From the NCBI GenBank assembly GCA_040754655.1, contig JBFMCE010000017.1, positions 1 to 45,047 of the forward strand: a stretch of 45,047 nt of DNA. Direction: 5' to 3'. This DNA comes from Bdellovibrionota bacterium. Its GTDB lineage: Bacteria; Bdellovibrionota; UBA1018; UBA923. The notes beneath the pieces are model-generated. The model saw only the letters and a list, made by a program, of their open reading frames with translations, made no database searches and had not been told where the DNA came from. This document shows positions 8,890 through 17,536 of the stretch, in pieces; within the stretch, counting starts at the first letter, position 1, and the number at the start of each line of letters is the position of its first letter. The position numbers and the translations under genes were made by a program.

Positions 8890-10002
8890 ATGCATCCCGA
8901 TACGCGACTTTTCACATACATCTATGGGCTTAGCCTGCTTGGCTTCGTACTTTGCTCATCTGGACTTGCTTCACAGGCAAAATGGAATCTCTTTTCAGGA
9001 TGCGAACGTCTTTTGAGAAAGAGCCGGTATGCGCCTGCTCAAATGCTGAGAGTTACTGACTACGCACAAATAGAGGCCATTCTTCGTCGAAGTGGAAAAC
9101 CGCCGTCACCGGAAAAGGGAAGAGAAGTAAAAAGACAATTTGATGCGCAGGTACGCGCGCATCTGGCTGGAATGGGAGAACTCCAAAAAAGACTTGAAGA
9201 GACCTTTGGATCAGAGAACAAAACTGGTGCGGTATTTTATCCCTCTATCGGCACGGATTCGGCCTTTCCCGTGCGGGTTTTTCCTGGGGCTGAAGTCATC
9301 GTCGGCGTCGACATTCATCCCTTTCTCACTTACCAACACCTGAATCAGACGATCAGGACGCTTGAATATCGGCCGGGGGTCACGCCCGCTGGTGAAAAAT
9401 CGACTTATCGTTACTATCGCGATCTCGACTTTGAAGGGATCTTGGCGCCGAAAATCATTGGTTCTTTGACTCAAGCAGACTCGCATATTCGAATCTTGTC
9501 GGTCACCGCGTTTTCAACAGGCATGGCAAATGAGGTTCCCGACATCAGCTGGGGGTTTGCGGCCCACCTTCCGACACCGAACAATCCCGTGCACGGCCTC
9601 ATAGAGTTCGACCATGGCGCCGGCACGAAACGAAAGACTTTCATCGTCATTCAAGGATTCGTTCCTACCAAAACGTACGATTACAAAATCATAGAAGCCT
9701 CTTGGTGGTATCGAGAGCTCATGACTCTCGACATTCAAGCTGTCATTATCAAGGCCGCAAGCGGTTCGTTCGAGTACGATCGCATTCATCCTTTGATAAG
9801 GCAGCAGATTGTCTCGAAGTTGCAGGCAAGCCGGGGAATTCTCTTGCAAGGCGAGAGTCAACTTCCAGAAGAGTCGCCAAGCGACGCGGTAAAACTAGAG
9901 TTCAGCCGTTGGCCCAATGAGTTCGCGGGCTCGCGCACGGTGAAGTTTTCAGACGTGTACTACGGATACTCGAATGCGCTTTACGCCACGAAGTTTGAAT
10001 GA
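8890..10002 (+). CDS. Secreted hypothetical protein, possible SAM-methyltransferase-like fold
   Basis: 370-aa ORF with hydrophobic N-terminus; VFYPSIGTD...IVGVD resembles class I MTase motifs I/II. Confidence 0.55.
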   Translation: MHPDTRLFTYIYGLSLLGFVLCSSGLASQAKWNLFSGCERLLRKSRYAPAQMLRVTDYAQIEAILRRSGKPPSPEKGREVKRQFDAQVRAHLAGMGELQKRLEETFGSENKTGAVFYPSIGTDSAFPVRVFPGAEVIVGVDIHPFLTYQHLNQTIRTLEYRPGVTPAGEKSTYRYYRDLDFEGILAPKIIGSLTQADSHIRILSVTAFSTGMANEVPDISWGFAAHLPTPNNPVHGLIEFDHGAGTKRKTFIVIQGFVPTKTYDYKIIEASWWYRELMTLDIQAVIIKAASGSFEYDRIHPLIRQQIVSKLQASRGILLQGESQLPEESPSDAVKLEFSRWPNEFAGSRTVKFSDVYYGYSNALYATKFE

Positions 10003-10094
10003 GCTTGTCCCATATCATCAGAGGGAAGATCAGAGCCTCAGATCAGAGATTGAGAGCGGCGTAGGGTTTGAAATACCAGGCAAGATTTTCCCTC

Positions 10095-10121
10095 TGTAGT
10101 TCTGCAGACACACGCCGAAAG
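10095..10121 (+). promoter_or_regulatory. Putative sigma28 (FliA) promoter
   Basis: TGTAGTTC-N11-GCCGAAAG vs consensus TAAAGTTT-N11-GCCGATAA. Confidence 0.4.
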
Positions 10122-10166
10122 GGTATGTGAAGCGCGACGCAAACTGATTCCAGGAGGGAACCTAAA

Positions 10167-10394
10167 ATGAGCAATTCAAAGAAAATATTCACAACAAACA
10201 CTACTGAAACAAATGAAAGAGCAAGCGGAGCTACGGCGCGCGACCACGAGTTCGAAGCCGACGTTCTCTTTCAGCGCATCTATGACAAATGGTACGCATT
10301 CAGCGTTGTTGAAGACGATTGCCTCATTACAGAGGTTTCTGAGGTCGAGGTTCAAAAACGCCTCGCCAAAAAAGCACTTAAGACGGCCGCTTAA
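10167..10394 (+). CDS. Small hypothetical protein (75 aa)
   Basis: Strong SD (AGGAGG); globular core VLFQRIYDKWYAFSVV. Confidence 0.7.
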   Translation: MSNSKKIFTTNTTETNERASGATARDHEFEADVLFQRIYDKWYAFSVVEDDCLITEVSEVEVQKRLAKKALKTAA

Positions 10395-10412
10395 AACTTT
10401 AGGCCCACGAAA

Positions 10413-10679
10413 ATGCCTTTTTCATCACAACCACGAAAAAAAGGTAAGTCAGAGCCGCAAGACGGAAACAACCCGTCTTGCGGTCACCTGGCGAATCAAA
10501 AAACCTGCACTGTCTGCAATCCGCCCAACAAAGCCCAGAAGCTTTATGACGTCGCTAAAGAGAAGCAAAAAATAACGATGTTGACCGATAAGATCGTTCA
10601 AAAACTATCGACCGAAAAACGCGGTTTGGAAAAAGCCGCCTTCGTTTTGAGTTCGTGGATTTCTGGGAAGCGAAAATAA
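10413..10679 (+). CDS. Small hypothetical protein (88 aa) with CGH-x6-CxxC
   Basis: Fills the gap between co-oriented genes; Cys/His cluster and amphipathic C-terminal helix KAAFVLSSWI. Confidence 0.55.
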   Translation: MPFSSQPRKKGKSEPQDGNNPSCGHLANQKTCTVCNPPNKAQKLYDVAKEKQKITMLTDKIVQKLSTEKRGLEKAAFVLSSWISGKRK

Positions 10680-10703
10680 AAAGGTCGTAGTATAGACCTT
10701 CTC

Positions 10704-11534
10704 ATGAAAAAACTTATCCCCATCTTGTTCATAAGTCTGTGGATAACTCTTCCAGCTTGGGGTTGGGGAGAACTCGGCCACAGGATCATCGCAGAATATG
10801 GAACAGCCCTGGCTAACTCTAAAGCATTAGAGAACTGCCGTGTGCGCCCAGAGCAAATTGTTTCTCACACAAACGATCCCGACAAAGTCTGGAAGAACCA
10901 GCGCAGAAAATACCGCAATGAAAGTCAGGCGCATTTCTTTCATGTGAGCAGGCAGCCTAAAGACTGGCGTACAAGAAAAGGATCCGCAGATCTGAAAGAA
11001 GGCTTTTTGGTTTACCGGATTGTGGAATGGGCTGATGCCATCGGACCTCTGAGAAAAGACCAGGAGTGGGATGAGATCGCGCAAAAACTCTATGGCCTTT
11101 CTCATTATGTCGGAGACCTCACCCAACCGCTTCACCTGCATCATGATTATGATGGTGAAGAGGCTGGCCTGCCTAACCTTCATGCTCAATTTGAAACTAA
11201 AATGCTAAACCGCTATGAAAACGAGATCAGATCCGCAGTGCGAGCAAAGCTTGAAAGCGAGAAAATTCCTGCGCTGTGGTCTAAGCTTGATCTAAAGTCT
11301 TTGATCTTCAACACCGCTGAGCAAAGTTACGCCAAAACACCTCGTCTTTTTGAACAGGCGCGTCCGGCGTTGAAAACGTCGACAAAAGCAAAACGCAGCC
11401 AGGGCCGCTCTCGCGAAAATCGACCTCGCTTTGTGAAACCTCTCTTATGGCAGGGAACAGGCGAGCTAGCCGTTGATCAGTTGGTGCTGGCCGCTAGGCT
11501 TTGGGCTTATACGCTGAATACGGTTTGTAAGTAA
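10704..11534 (+). CDS. S1/P1 nuclease or Zn-dependent phospholipase C family, secreted
   Basis: Signal peptide then WGELGH, DPD, HFF, SHYVGDLTQPLH, LHAQFE zinc-ligand motifs. Confidence 0.85.
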   Translation: MKKLIPILFISLWITLPAWGWGELGHRIIAEYGTALANSKALENCRVRPEQIVSHTNDPDKVWKNQRRKYRNESQAHFFHVSRQPKDWRTRKGSADLKEGFLVYRIVEWADAIGPLRKDQEWDEIAQKLYGLSHYVGDLTQPLHLHHDYDGEEAGLPNLHAQFETKMLNRYENEIRSAVRAKLESEKIPALWSKLDLKSLIFNTAEQSYAKTPRLFEQARPALKTSTKAKRSQGRSRENRPRFVKPLLWQGTGELAVDQLVLAARLWAYTLNTVCK

Positions 11535-11579
11535 CGCGAGATATTTAGTAGCGTGACACTAGGTTTGTGTGAGTTATAG

Positions 11580-11816
11580 AAGGAGCTTGAGAGAGCTGAG
11601 TTTCCTCAAGAACAAGCCGAGGCGACAGTAAAGCTTCTTGCGGATGTTATGGAAGAAAAACTTGCTACAAAAGATGACCTGAAAGACTTGAAAATCGAGT
11701 TGACCCATCGAATGGATCAGCTTCGCTCAGAGCTCGTCATAAAAATCGGCACCATGATTGCTGGATCCGTTGCTTTGACCACCACTCTTATTACTACAAT
11801 CATTAAGCTCACCTAA
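11580..11816 (+). pseudogene. DUF1640/CCDC90-like coiled-coil membrane-anchored protein, N-terminus lost
   Basis: Manual translation KELERAEFPQEQAEATVKLLADVMEEKLATKDDLKDLK...ELVIKIGTMIAGSVAL...; immediately preceded by in-frame TAG (11577-11579). Confidence 0.7.
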
Positions 11817-11872
11817 GTGTGTTCGACGCATGCCGGGTTATTATCAAGAACATCACCAAAAAGCATGTCAAC

Positions 11873-12796
11873 CTACTTCTTCTCTTTTGCCAGCGCCTTA
11901 TTCAACGGATGAGTTCGGTCGTACTCATCACAAAGCGCTTTCTGATCAAGATGGATGTAGCGCTGAGTGGTCGAAAGGCTCGAGTGCCCGAGCAGCTCTT
12001 GGATGGCCCTGAGGTTTGCGCCATTTGAGAGCAAATGGGTCGCAAAAGAATGCCGCAAAACGTGCGGAGATGTCTTTGAAGGCAGCCCCAGTTCAGCAGC
12101 CCTAGTCACTACGATCTTCTGAATCGAACGCGTTGAGAGCCGGTTTCCGTAGCGATTCTTCAAAATCGGGCCAGAGCTTGTTGGTTCCGATGCATTTTTC
12201 AAATCCGTAAGAGCGCTGATCACGCTTGGCAATAAAGGAACGATTCTCTGCTTTCCTCCTTTGCCGTTTCTGACCTTAACCTGACCTTCAGTCCAAGAGA
12301 TGTCTTGCCAATCAAGTGAGGCGAGCTCAGAAGCTCTCAGCCCACAGCAGTATAGAATTTCAAGCAACAATCGATTCCTCAAAGCCAACCCATATGGGTG
12401 GGATGCGGCCTTCGCAGCAGGCTGAGGCTCATCCACTGTCGAGACTAGCACTGACGCTTGCTCTTCACTGAGAACTTTCGGCAACCGCTCGCGCCGCTTC
12501 GGCAGAGGCACCGAACGGGCGAGATCACCGCTGATAAGACCCTGGCTTTTCAAGTACTCAAAAAAGCTTCTCAAGGCGGCTAGTTTCCTCTGCAGCGTCG
12601 AAGCGTTATGATCGGCGAGCTTTCCCAAGAATCCGCGGATATGATCGGCAGTCAATTGATTTGGTTGAGAAATTCCCGCGTTCCTGAAATGCGCATCCCA
12701 TTGGCCCAAGTCAGAAAGGTAATTTCGAATCGTGTGCGGAGAGGCGTTCTTTTGCCCACGCAGATAAGCTTCATACCTCGCCAAATGCTCGACCAT
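11873..12796 (-). CDS. xerC: Tyrosine recombinase XerC
   Basis: SPHTIRNYLSDL, LYCCGLRASEL, GKGGKQR, SPHVLRHSFATHLL, LLGHSSLSTTQRY; next to trmFO. Confidence 0.85.
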   Translation of the reverse strand: MVEHLARYEAYLRGQKNASPHTIRNYLSDLGQWDAHFRNAGISQPNQLTADHIRGFLGKLADHNASTLQRKLAALRSFFEYLKSQGLISGDLARSVPLPKRRERLPKVLSEEQASVLVSTVDEPQPAAKAASHPYGLALRNRLLLEILYCCGLRASELASLDWQDISWTEGQVKVRNGKGGKQRIVPLLPSVISALTDLKNASEPTSSGPILKNRYGNRLSTRSIQKIVVTRAAELGLPSKTSPHVLRHSFATHLLSNGANLRAIQELLGHSSLSTTQRYIHLDQKALCDEYDRTHPLNKALAKEKK

Positions 12797-12802
12797 ATGT
12801 AC

Positions 12803-12832
12803 ATTGTACCGGCGAGGCCGATGAGATATAAG
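12803..12832. promoter_or_regulatory. Putative bidirectional sigma70-type promoter for xerC and trmFO
   Basis: Plus strand: TTGTAC-17-TATAAG-7-ATG. Minus strand: TTATAT-17-TACAAT-6-ATG. Confidence 0.5.
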
Positions 12833-12839
12833 ACGCATC

Positions 12840-14198
12840 ATGTCAGAAGCATTTGTAAACGTTGTTGGTGGCGGCCTTGCCGGATCTGAACTTGCCTATC
12901 AGCTTGGCGTTCGAGGCATCAAAGTGCGCCTTTTTGAAATGCGCCCCGCTCATTCTACCCCTGCACACACCACTGGAAATCTTGCAGAGCTCGTTTGCAG
13001 CAATACTTTCAAATCTACCGCTCCGCACTCAGCCCCAGGGATCTTGAAACAAGAACTTCGTCTCTTAGGCAGCCTTCTTTTGAGCTCGGCTCCGGCCGCT
13101 CAAGTACCCGCGGGAGAAGCTTTAGCGGTTGACCGCGAGCGTTTTTCAAAAGAAATCGAAAACGCGATCTTAGCGACAAAAAATGTAGAACGAATCTCGC
13201 TCAAGGTTGAAGACCTGAACTCTCTGCCTGAAGCCTATGCGACCGTGATTGCGACAGGGCCTCTCACACAAGGAAAACTTGCTGAGTTCATCAAAGGCCT
13301 CTCTGGCGGATACGGGCTTTACTTCTATGACGCCATCGCGCCTGTCGTTGAAGCAAGCTCAATCAATAAAGAAATCGCATTCGCGGCTTCGCGCTACGGC
13401 AAGGGCGGGGACGATTACCTGAACTGCCCGATGAACAAAGAAGAGTACGATCTTTTCTATGACACATTGATGGCGGCGCAAAAGGTCGACTTCCACGACT
13501 TCGAGGAAGCGCAATATTTTCAGGGATGCCAACCTATCGAAGCGATTGCTGAGACTGGGCGCGATTCCCTGCGGTTTGGCGCGATGAAACCAGTGGGTTT
13601 GACCGATCCTCGCGCGAATAGAATGCCCTATGCCGTCGTTCAATTGCGAATCGATAACTTGAGCCGCACGGCTTACAATCTCGTAGGCTTCCAGACGAAG
13701 CTGAAATATGACGAGCAGAAGAAAGTATTTCGACTCATCCCCGGCTTGGAAAAAGCAGAATTCTTGCGTTTAGGATCGATGCACCGAAACACTTACATAT
13801 GCTCTCCGGTGATGCTTGCTTCGAATTTCGCGCTCAAATCAAGAAACGACGTGAGACTTGCCGGTCAAATCACCGGCGTTGAAGGTTACACCGAATCTTC
13901 AGCGATCGGGTTGCTCGCAGCGATGGCGATTTGGAGCGAGCTTGAAGGAAAAGCTTGGACGCTTCCCCCGCGCGCTTCCGCGCTGGGTGGGCTCTGCCAC
14001 TATCTCTTCAACAGCACGGCTTCAGAGTTTCAACCTGTGAACGTGCACTTTGGCCTCTTTGATCCATCGGCTTACACGCTTTCCAAAGGACGCAAGAAGA
14101 AGACCGAACACCGCTTAGAAATGGGCGTGCAATCTGTCCAAAACATTGAACGATGGCGCGATGAAACCAGTTGGAGACCGATGGCGTGGCAACCTTGA
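12840..14198 (+). CDS. trmFO: tRNA m5U54 methyltransferase TrmFO (FAD/folate-dependent)
   Basis: VVGGGLAGSE, AELVCSN, YFYDAIAP, YLNCP, FGAMKPVGL, YNLVGFQT, MHRNTY, AGQITGVEGY. Confidence 0.96.
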   Translation: MSEAFVNVVGGGLAGSELAYQLGVRGIKVRLFEMRPAHSTPAHTTGNLAELVCSNTFKSTAPHSAPGILKQELRLLGSLLLSSAPAAQVPAGEALAVDRERFSKEIENAILATKNVERISLKVEDLNSLPEAYATVIATGPLTQGKLAEFIKGLSGGYGLYFYDAIAPVVEASSINKEIAFAASRYGKGGDDYLNCPMNKEEYDLFYDTLMAAQKVDFHDFEEAQYFQGCQPIEAIAETGRDSLRFGAMKPVGLTDPRANRMPYAVVQLRIDNLSRTAYNLVGFQTKLKYDEQKKVFRLIPGLEKAEFLRLGSMHRNTYICSPVMLASNFALKSRNDVRLAGQITGVEGYTESSAIGLLAAMAIWSELEGKAWTLPPRASALGGLCHYLFNSTASEFQPVNVHFGLFDPSAYTLSKGRKKKTEHRLEMGVQSVQNIERWRDETSWRPMAWQP

Positions 14199-14734
14199 AA
14201 CACGTGGCCTTTGCCTTAACCCTTGCCGCCGCGGCAGCAACCTCGTCGCAATTTGCGTTTGCGCAACAAGCCCACCCAAAGAGTGTCATCGTGCGACGCT
14301 CTTTTGAAGCGCGCAAAGATGTGCGTGAGCAAAGGCCTTTGTCGCTAGCAGCCAGCGCTTTGGGAAAAACACCGATGGCAGGCGCAAGCCTTGACATCAA
14401 TCCTCACCCGAACTTCGCACTCGGCGTGGGTTATGGAGTCTTCAAACTAAGCGGTGTTTCCGGGAGCCTGATCCCAGCCTTCCTGCACGTGTTATTGTTA
14501 AGAAATAATTTTACGCCTTACTTTATAGCAAGTTTGAACTTTGTAACGCTGCAGTTCGAAGCCAAGGGATCATTGCTCGCGTCAAAATTCAGGGGCACCC
14601 AGGGCCTTCTTGGCGCGGGTTTTGAGCACCGTTTTGACTTCGGACCTCTCATCAGAACCGAATTGGTTCGTTATATGAACGCAGAGCTTTGGGCACCTGG
14701 CTTGGCTCTTGGCTATTCTTTTAAACTATTCTAG
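14195..14734 (+). CDS. Putative small outer-membrane beta-barrel protein
   Basis: Signal peptide (AFA-QQ), amphipathic strands, C-terminal LGYSFKLF; start uncertain (TTG overlapping the trmFO stop). Confidence 0.6.
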   Translation: MKHVAFALTLAAAAATSSQFAFAQQAHPKSVIVRRSFEARKDVREQRPLSLAASALGKTPMAGASLDINPHPNFALGVGYGVFKLSGVSGSLIPAFLHVLLLRNNFTPYFIASLNFVTLQFEAKGSLLASKFRGTQGLLGAGFEHRFDFGPLIRTELVRYMNAELWAPGLALGYSFKLF

Positions 14735-14761
14735 ATTCTGCCTTTCAGAGGAGAAAGCATT

Positions 14762-15358
14762 ATGAAGCGCGGTTTAGGCGTATTGATCGGCCTTGTCGGA
14801 CTCATCGCTATCATTGGCCTTTGGTTTGTCTCGGCCGGAAACACATTGGTTCGAAAAGAAGAAGGCGTCAAGGCTACCTGGGCGCAAGTAGAGAACGTTT
14901 ATCAACGCAGGCTCGACCTGATTCCCAATCTGGTGAACACGGTCAAGGGTTATGCAAGGCATGAGAGCGAGACGCTTGAAAAGGTGATTCAAGCTCGAGC
15001 GCAAGCCCTTCGAACCACACAGAACACCGGACCCGCCCCAACGGATCCAAAACAACTTGAGTCGTTCCAGCGCTCTCAGGAAGCTCTAAGCTCGGCGCTG
15101 GGAAGGTTGCTGGTAGTGGTAGAAAAATACCCTGACCTCAAAGCCAACGAAAACTTTCGTGATCTTCAGGTTCAGCTCGAAGGCACCGAGAATCGGATCA
15201 CTGTTGAGAGGAGAAGATTCAATGAAGTGGCTCAAGACTACAACTCAAGCTTGAGGCTCTTCCCGACTTCGATTGTCGCTGGCATTCGAGGATTCAAGCC
15301 AAGACCTTATTTTGAAGCACAACAAGGCGCAGCCACAGCGCCGAAGGTCGAATTTTAA
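14762..15358 (+). CDS. lemA: LemA family protein
   Basis: N-terminal TM, WAQVENVYQRRLDLIPNLV, EKYPDLKANENF, LEGTENRI. Confidence 0.95.
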   Translation: MKRGLGVLIGLVGLIAIIGLWFVSAGNTLVRKEEGVKATWAQVENVYQRRLDLIPNLVNTVKGYARHESETLEKVIQARAQALRTTQNTGPAPTDPKQLESFQRSQEALSSALGRLLVVVEKYPDLKANENFRDLQVQLEGTENRITVERRRFNEVAQDYNSSLRLFPTSIVAGIRGFKPRPYFEAQQGAATAPKVEF

Positions 15359-16137
15359 TGTGGCGCTCGTTGGCTTCTCGAGTCGTTTTGCTGGGCCTTT
15401 TCCTTCCGCGCTTTGCGCTCGCCACGGAGGCATCCGTACCCGCGACGCCAAGCGCCCGGGTCAACGACTACGCTCAAGTCTTGTCGGTTCAAGCGAAAAC
15501 CGGGTTAGAAGCAAAGTTTGAACACTTTGAAAAAACAACCGGGCACCAGGCTGTTGTTGCCATTTTCCCAAACATTGGGGATGCGCCTATTGAAGACTTC
15601 GCGGCAAAGCTTTTTGAAAAGTGGAAGCTTGGCTCAAAAGACAAGAACGATGGAATTCTTCTCGTTCTAGGCCTTCAAGAAAGGGCGCTTCGCATCGAGG
15701 TTGGATACGGTTTGGAAGGCCAGCTTCCGGACGCTTTAGCAGGACAAATCATCCGCCACGACATGGTGCCTTTCCTGAAGCAAAATCAAGTCGCCACGGC
15801 GATCTTGGCTTTTCATGGAAGGCTTGAAGAAATCTTCGTCGCGGGAACGCCTCCGAAATACGGCTCTCAATCAAAAAGACGTCCGATAGGCTTTGGATCT
15901 GGGATAGGCCTGCTCATCATCATTCTTGTCTTCATCATCTTTCTTTTCCCGCACGGAGGAGGACGCTACGACCGCACGATCGGACCTGGAGGGATCTACC
16001 GCCGTCGCAGGGGCATTGGCGGATTGTTTCCTCCGATAGGTGGAGGCGGTGGTTGGGGCGGCAGTGGCGGTTTTGGAGGCTGGGGCGGTGGAGGTGGTGG
16101 ATTGTCTGGAGGAGGAGGCGCCAGTGGCCGTTGGTGA
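15358..16137 (+). CDS. TPM-domain membrane protein (YgcG-like) with Gly-rich tail
   Basis: VNDYAQVL, KNDGILL, RIEVGYGLEG, TM, GGGG...GGGASGRW. Confidence 0.92.
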   Translation: MWRSLASRVVLLGLFLPRFALATEASVPATPSARVNDYAQVLSVQAKTGLEAKFEHFEKTTGHQAVVAIFPNIGDAPIEDFAAKLFEKWKLGSKDKNDGILLVLGLQERALRIEVGYGLEGQLPDALAGQIIRHDMVPFLKQNQVATAILAFHGRLEEIFVAGTPPKYGSQSKRRPIGFGSGIGLLIIILVFIIFLFPHGGGRYDRTIGPGGIYRRRRGIGGLFPPIGGGGGWGGSGGFGGWGGGGGGLSGGGGASGRW

Positions 16138-16570
16138 AATTTTAAATAAAGGCGAAGAACAGCGATTGGTCGGTTTGATCAAAAAGTTGGAACGCAAGAC
16201 GTCGGGCGAAATTCGCGTGCACATCGCAAAAAAGGTTTCTCGCAAGGGCGTCTTGACTGACGCGGCGATCGCCTTCCATAAACTTGGCATCGACAAGACA
16301 GCCCAGCGCAATGGGGTCTTGATTTACATCGCCGTACGCGACCATGAACTCGCTTGCATCGGCGACAAGGGCATACATGAGAAGATCGGCGACCAAGGCT
16401 GGAAATCGATCGTCGAACAACTGCGTTTGGATTTTTCAAAGGGAGACTATTTTGCGGGCCTGCACAAGGCTTTAGAAAACGTCGGAGAAGTCTTGGCGTC
16501 TCACTTTCCACACGCGGGCGGTGCGAACACCGATGAACTTCCCAACGAGATCTCGTCTGAAAAAGCTTGA
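16124..16570 (+). CDS. TPM-domain protein (second partner of the LemA-TPM-TPM trio)
   Basis: ERKTSGEIRVH, RNGVLIY, GDKGIHE, HFP...DELPNEI; GTG start after GGAGGAGG. Confidence 0.9.
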   Translation: MAVGEILNKGEEQRLVGLIKKLERKTSGEIRVHIAKKVSRKGVLTDAAIAFHKLGIDKTAQRNGVLIYIAVRDHELACIGDKGIHEKIGDQGWKSIVEQLRLDFSKGDYFAGLHKALENVGEVLASHFPHAGGANTDELPNEISSEKA

Positions 16571-16661
16571 ATCAGGATTACCTCCGTTCAAAATCTTTTA
16601 GATACGCAGCGCCCGAGACAACTGAACAACGCAGACCCAGTTGCAAGCTTTTCAACAGAGC

Positions 16662-17498
16662 TTATCTGAGTTGAGTCTCAAAGGGTTTCAGATAGTCTTG
16701 CTCTTCTTTAAGCCTCTGCCGCTCAGCGCGCTCCCAAACCTTGATTTGAAACGTGAGATGATAAAGCATGAAATAAAACACCGAGACCAAGCCGTGAAAT
16801 CCGTCTAAAAAACCGCGCTTCAAGAAATAATGCCGGATGAAAAACCTGAATGCCCTGTAAAATGCACCGTAGGTCGGTATCGACCTGGCGTCGCTCACTT
16901 TCGCGAAAGCAGCGATCGTATCATGTTCGGTGTACTGATTCGTCTTGCTGAACCACTCCGACAGCGAATTGATATTGAAGTGCTTGTAAGCGTTCTTGAA
17001 TCGAATGACTTTTCCTCGAACGCTTACCCCGATGTGCACGCTGCTCTCGGTTGGATAATCCCATTTCTCCCTGCGCATCAAACGGATCTCCGCGCCCCGA
17101 GGGCTATAGATCCCGTGCATCAAAGGTTTCCCTAGAAAATAAAAAAAGTTTGGAATCTTGACGCCTGCAGGCTCATCTCCATCCAAGGGAATCTCCAAGA
17201 AATCTTTGATCTCTTCCAAAAGCTCGGGAGTGGGCCTCTCATCAGTATCGATGTAGAGAATCCAGTCGCTATTGGCCTTTTCCATTCCTATCTTTCGATT
17301 CAGGTTGAAATTGCCATTGGGCGGATCATTGCGAAGCACCACGCAACCAAGCTCTTGCGCTATCTGAGGGGTCTGGTCAGTGCTCATTTGGTCGGCGACG
17401 ACGATTTCGGTCGCGATGCCCTTCCAGGGCAGAACCGTTCCAGCGATTCGGTCAGCACAGTTTCTTGCGGCAATTACGACAGAGAGGGTTGCGGGCAT
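16662..17498 (-). CDS. Glycosyltransferase family 2, LPS beta-1,4-glucosyltransferase (KdtX/WaaE-like)
   Basis: LSVVIAARN, STDQT, WILYIDTDER, SVH, KTNQYT, GFLDGFHG. Confidence 0.88.
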   Translation of the reverse strand: MPATLSVVIAARNCADRIAGTVLPWKGIATEIVVADQMSTDQTPQIAQELGCVVLRNDPPNGNFNLNRKIGMEKANSDWILYIDTDERPTPELLEEIKDFLEIPLDGDEPAGVKIPNFFYFLGKPLMHGIYSPRGAEIRLMRREKWDYPTESSVHIGVSVRGKVIRFKNAYKHFNINSLSEWFSKTNQYTEHDTIAAFAKVSDARSIPTYGAFYRAFRFFIRHYFLKRGFLDGFHGLVSVFYFMLYHLTFQIKVWERAERQRLKEEQDYLKPFETQLR

Positions 17499-17536
17499 TT
17501 CTTTTCAATATCGCGGGCGTTTTCGAGAATCAACAT

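Noticed and set aside
11577..11579. TAG read-through (pyrrolysine or recoding) in the DUF1640-like gene
   Set aside because: TAG ends other genes in the window normally, and the codons before it do not resemble the family N-terminus.
11873..12796. Tyrosine recombinase as a prophage or island integrase
   Set aside because: XerC-type size and motifs next to trmFO; no att repeats, tRNA, phage or cargo genes nearby.
16030..16135. GGN-rich repeat as a tandem repeat or G-quadruplex element
   Set aside because: Explained by the Gly-rich C-terminal tail typical of TPM/YgcG proteins.
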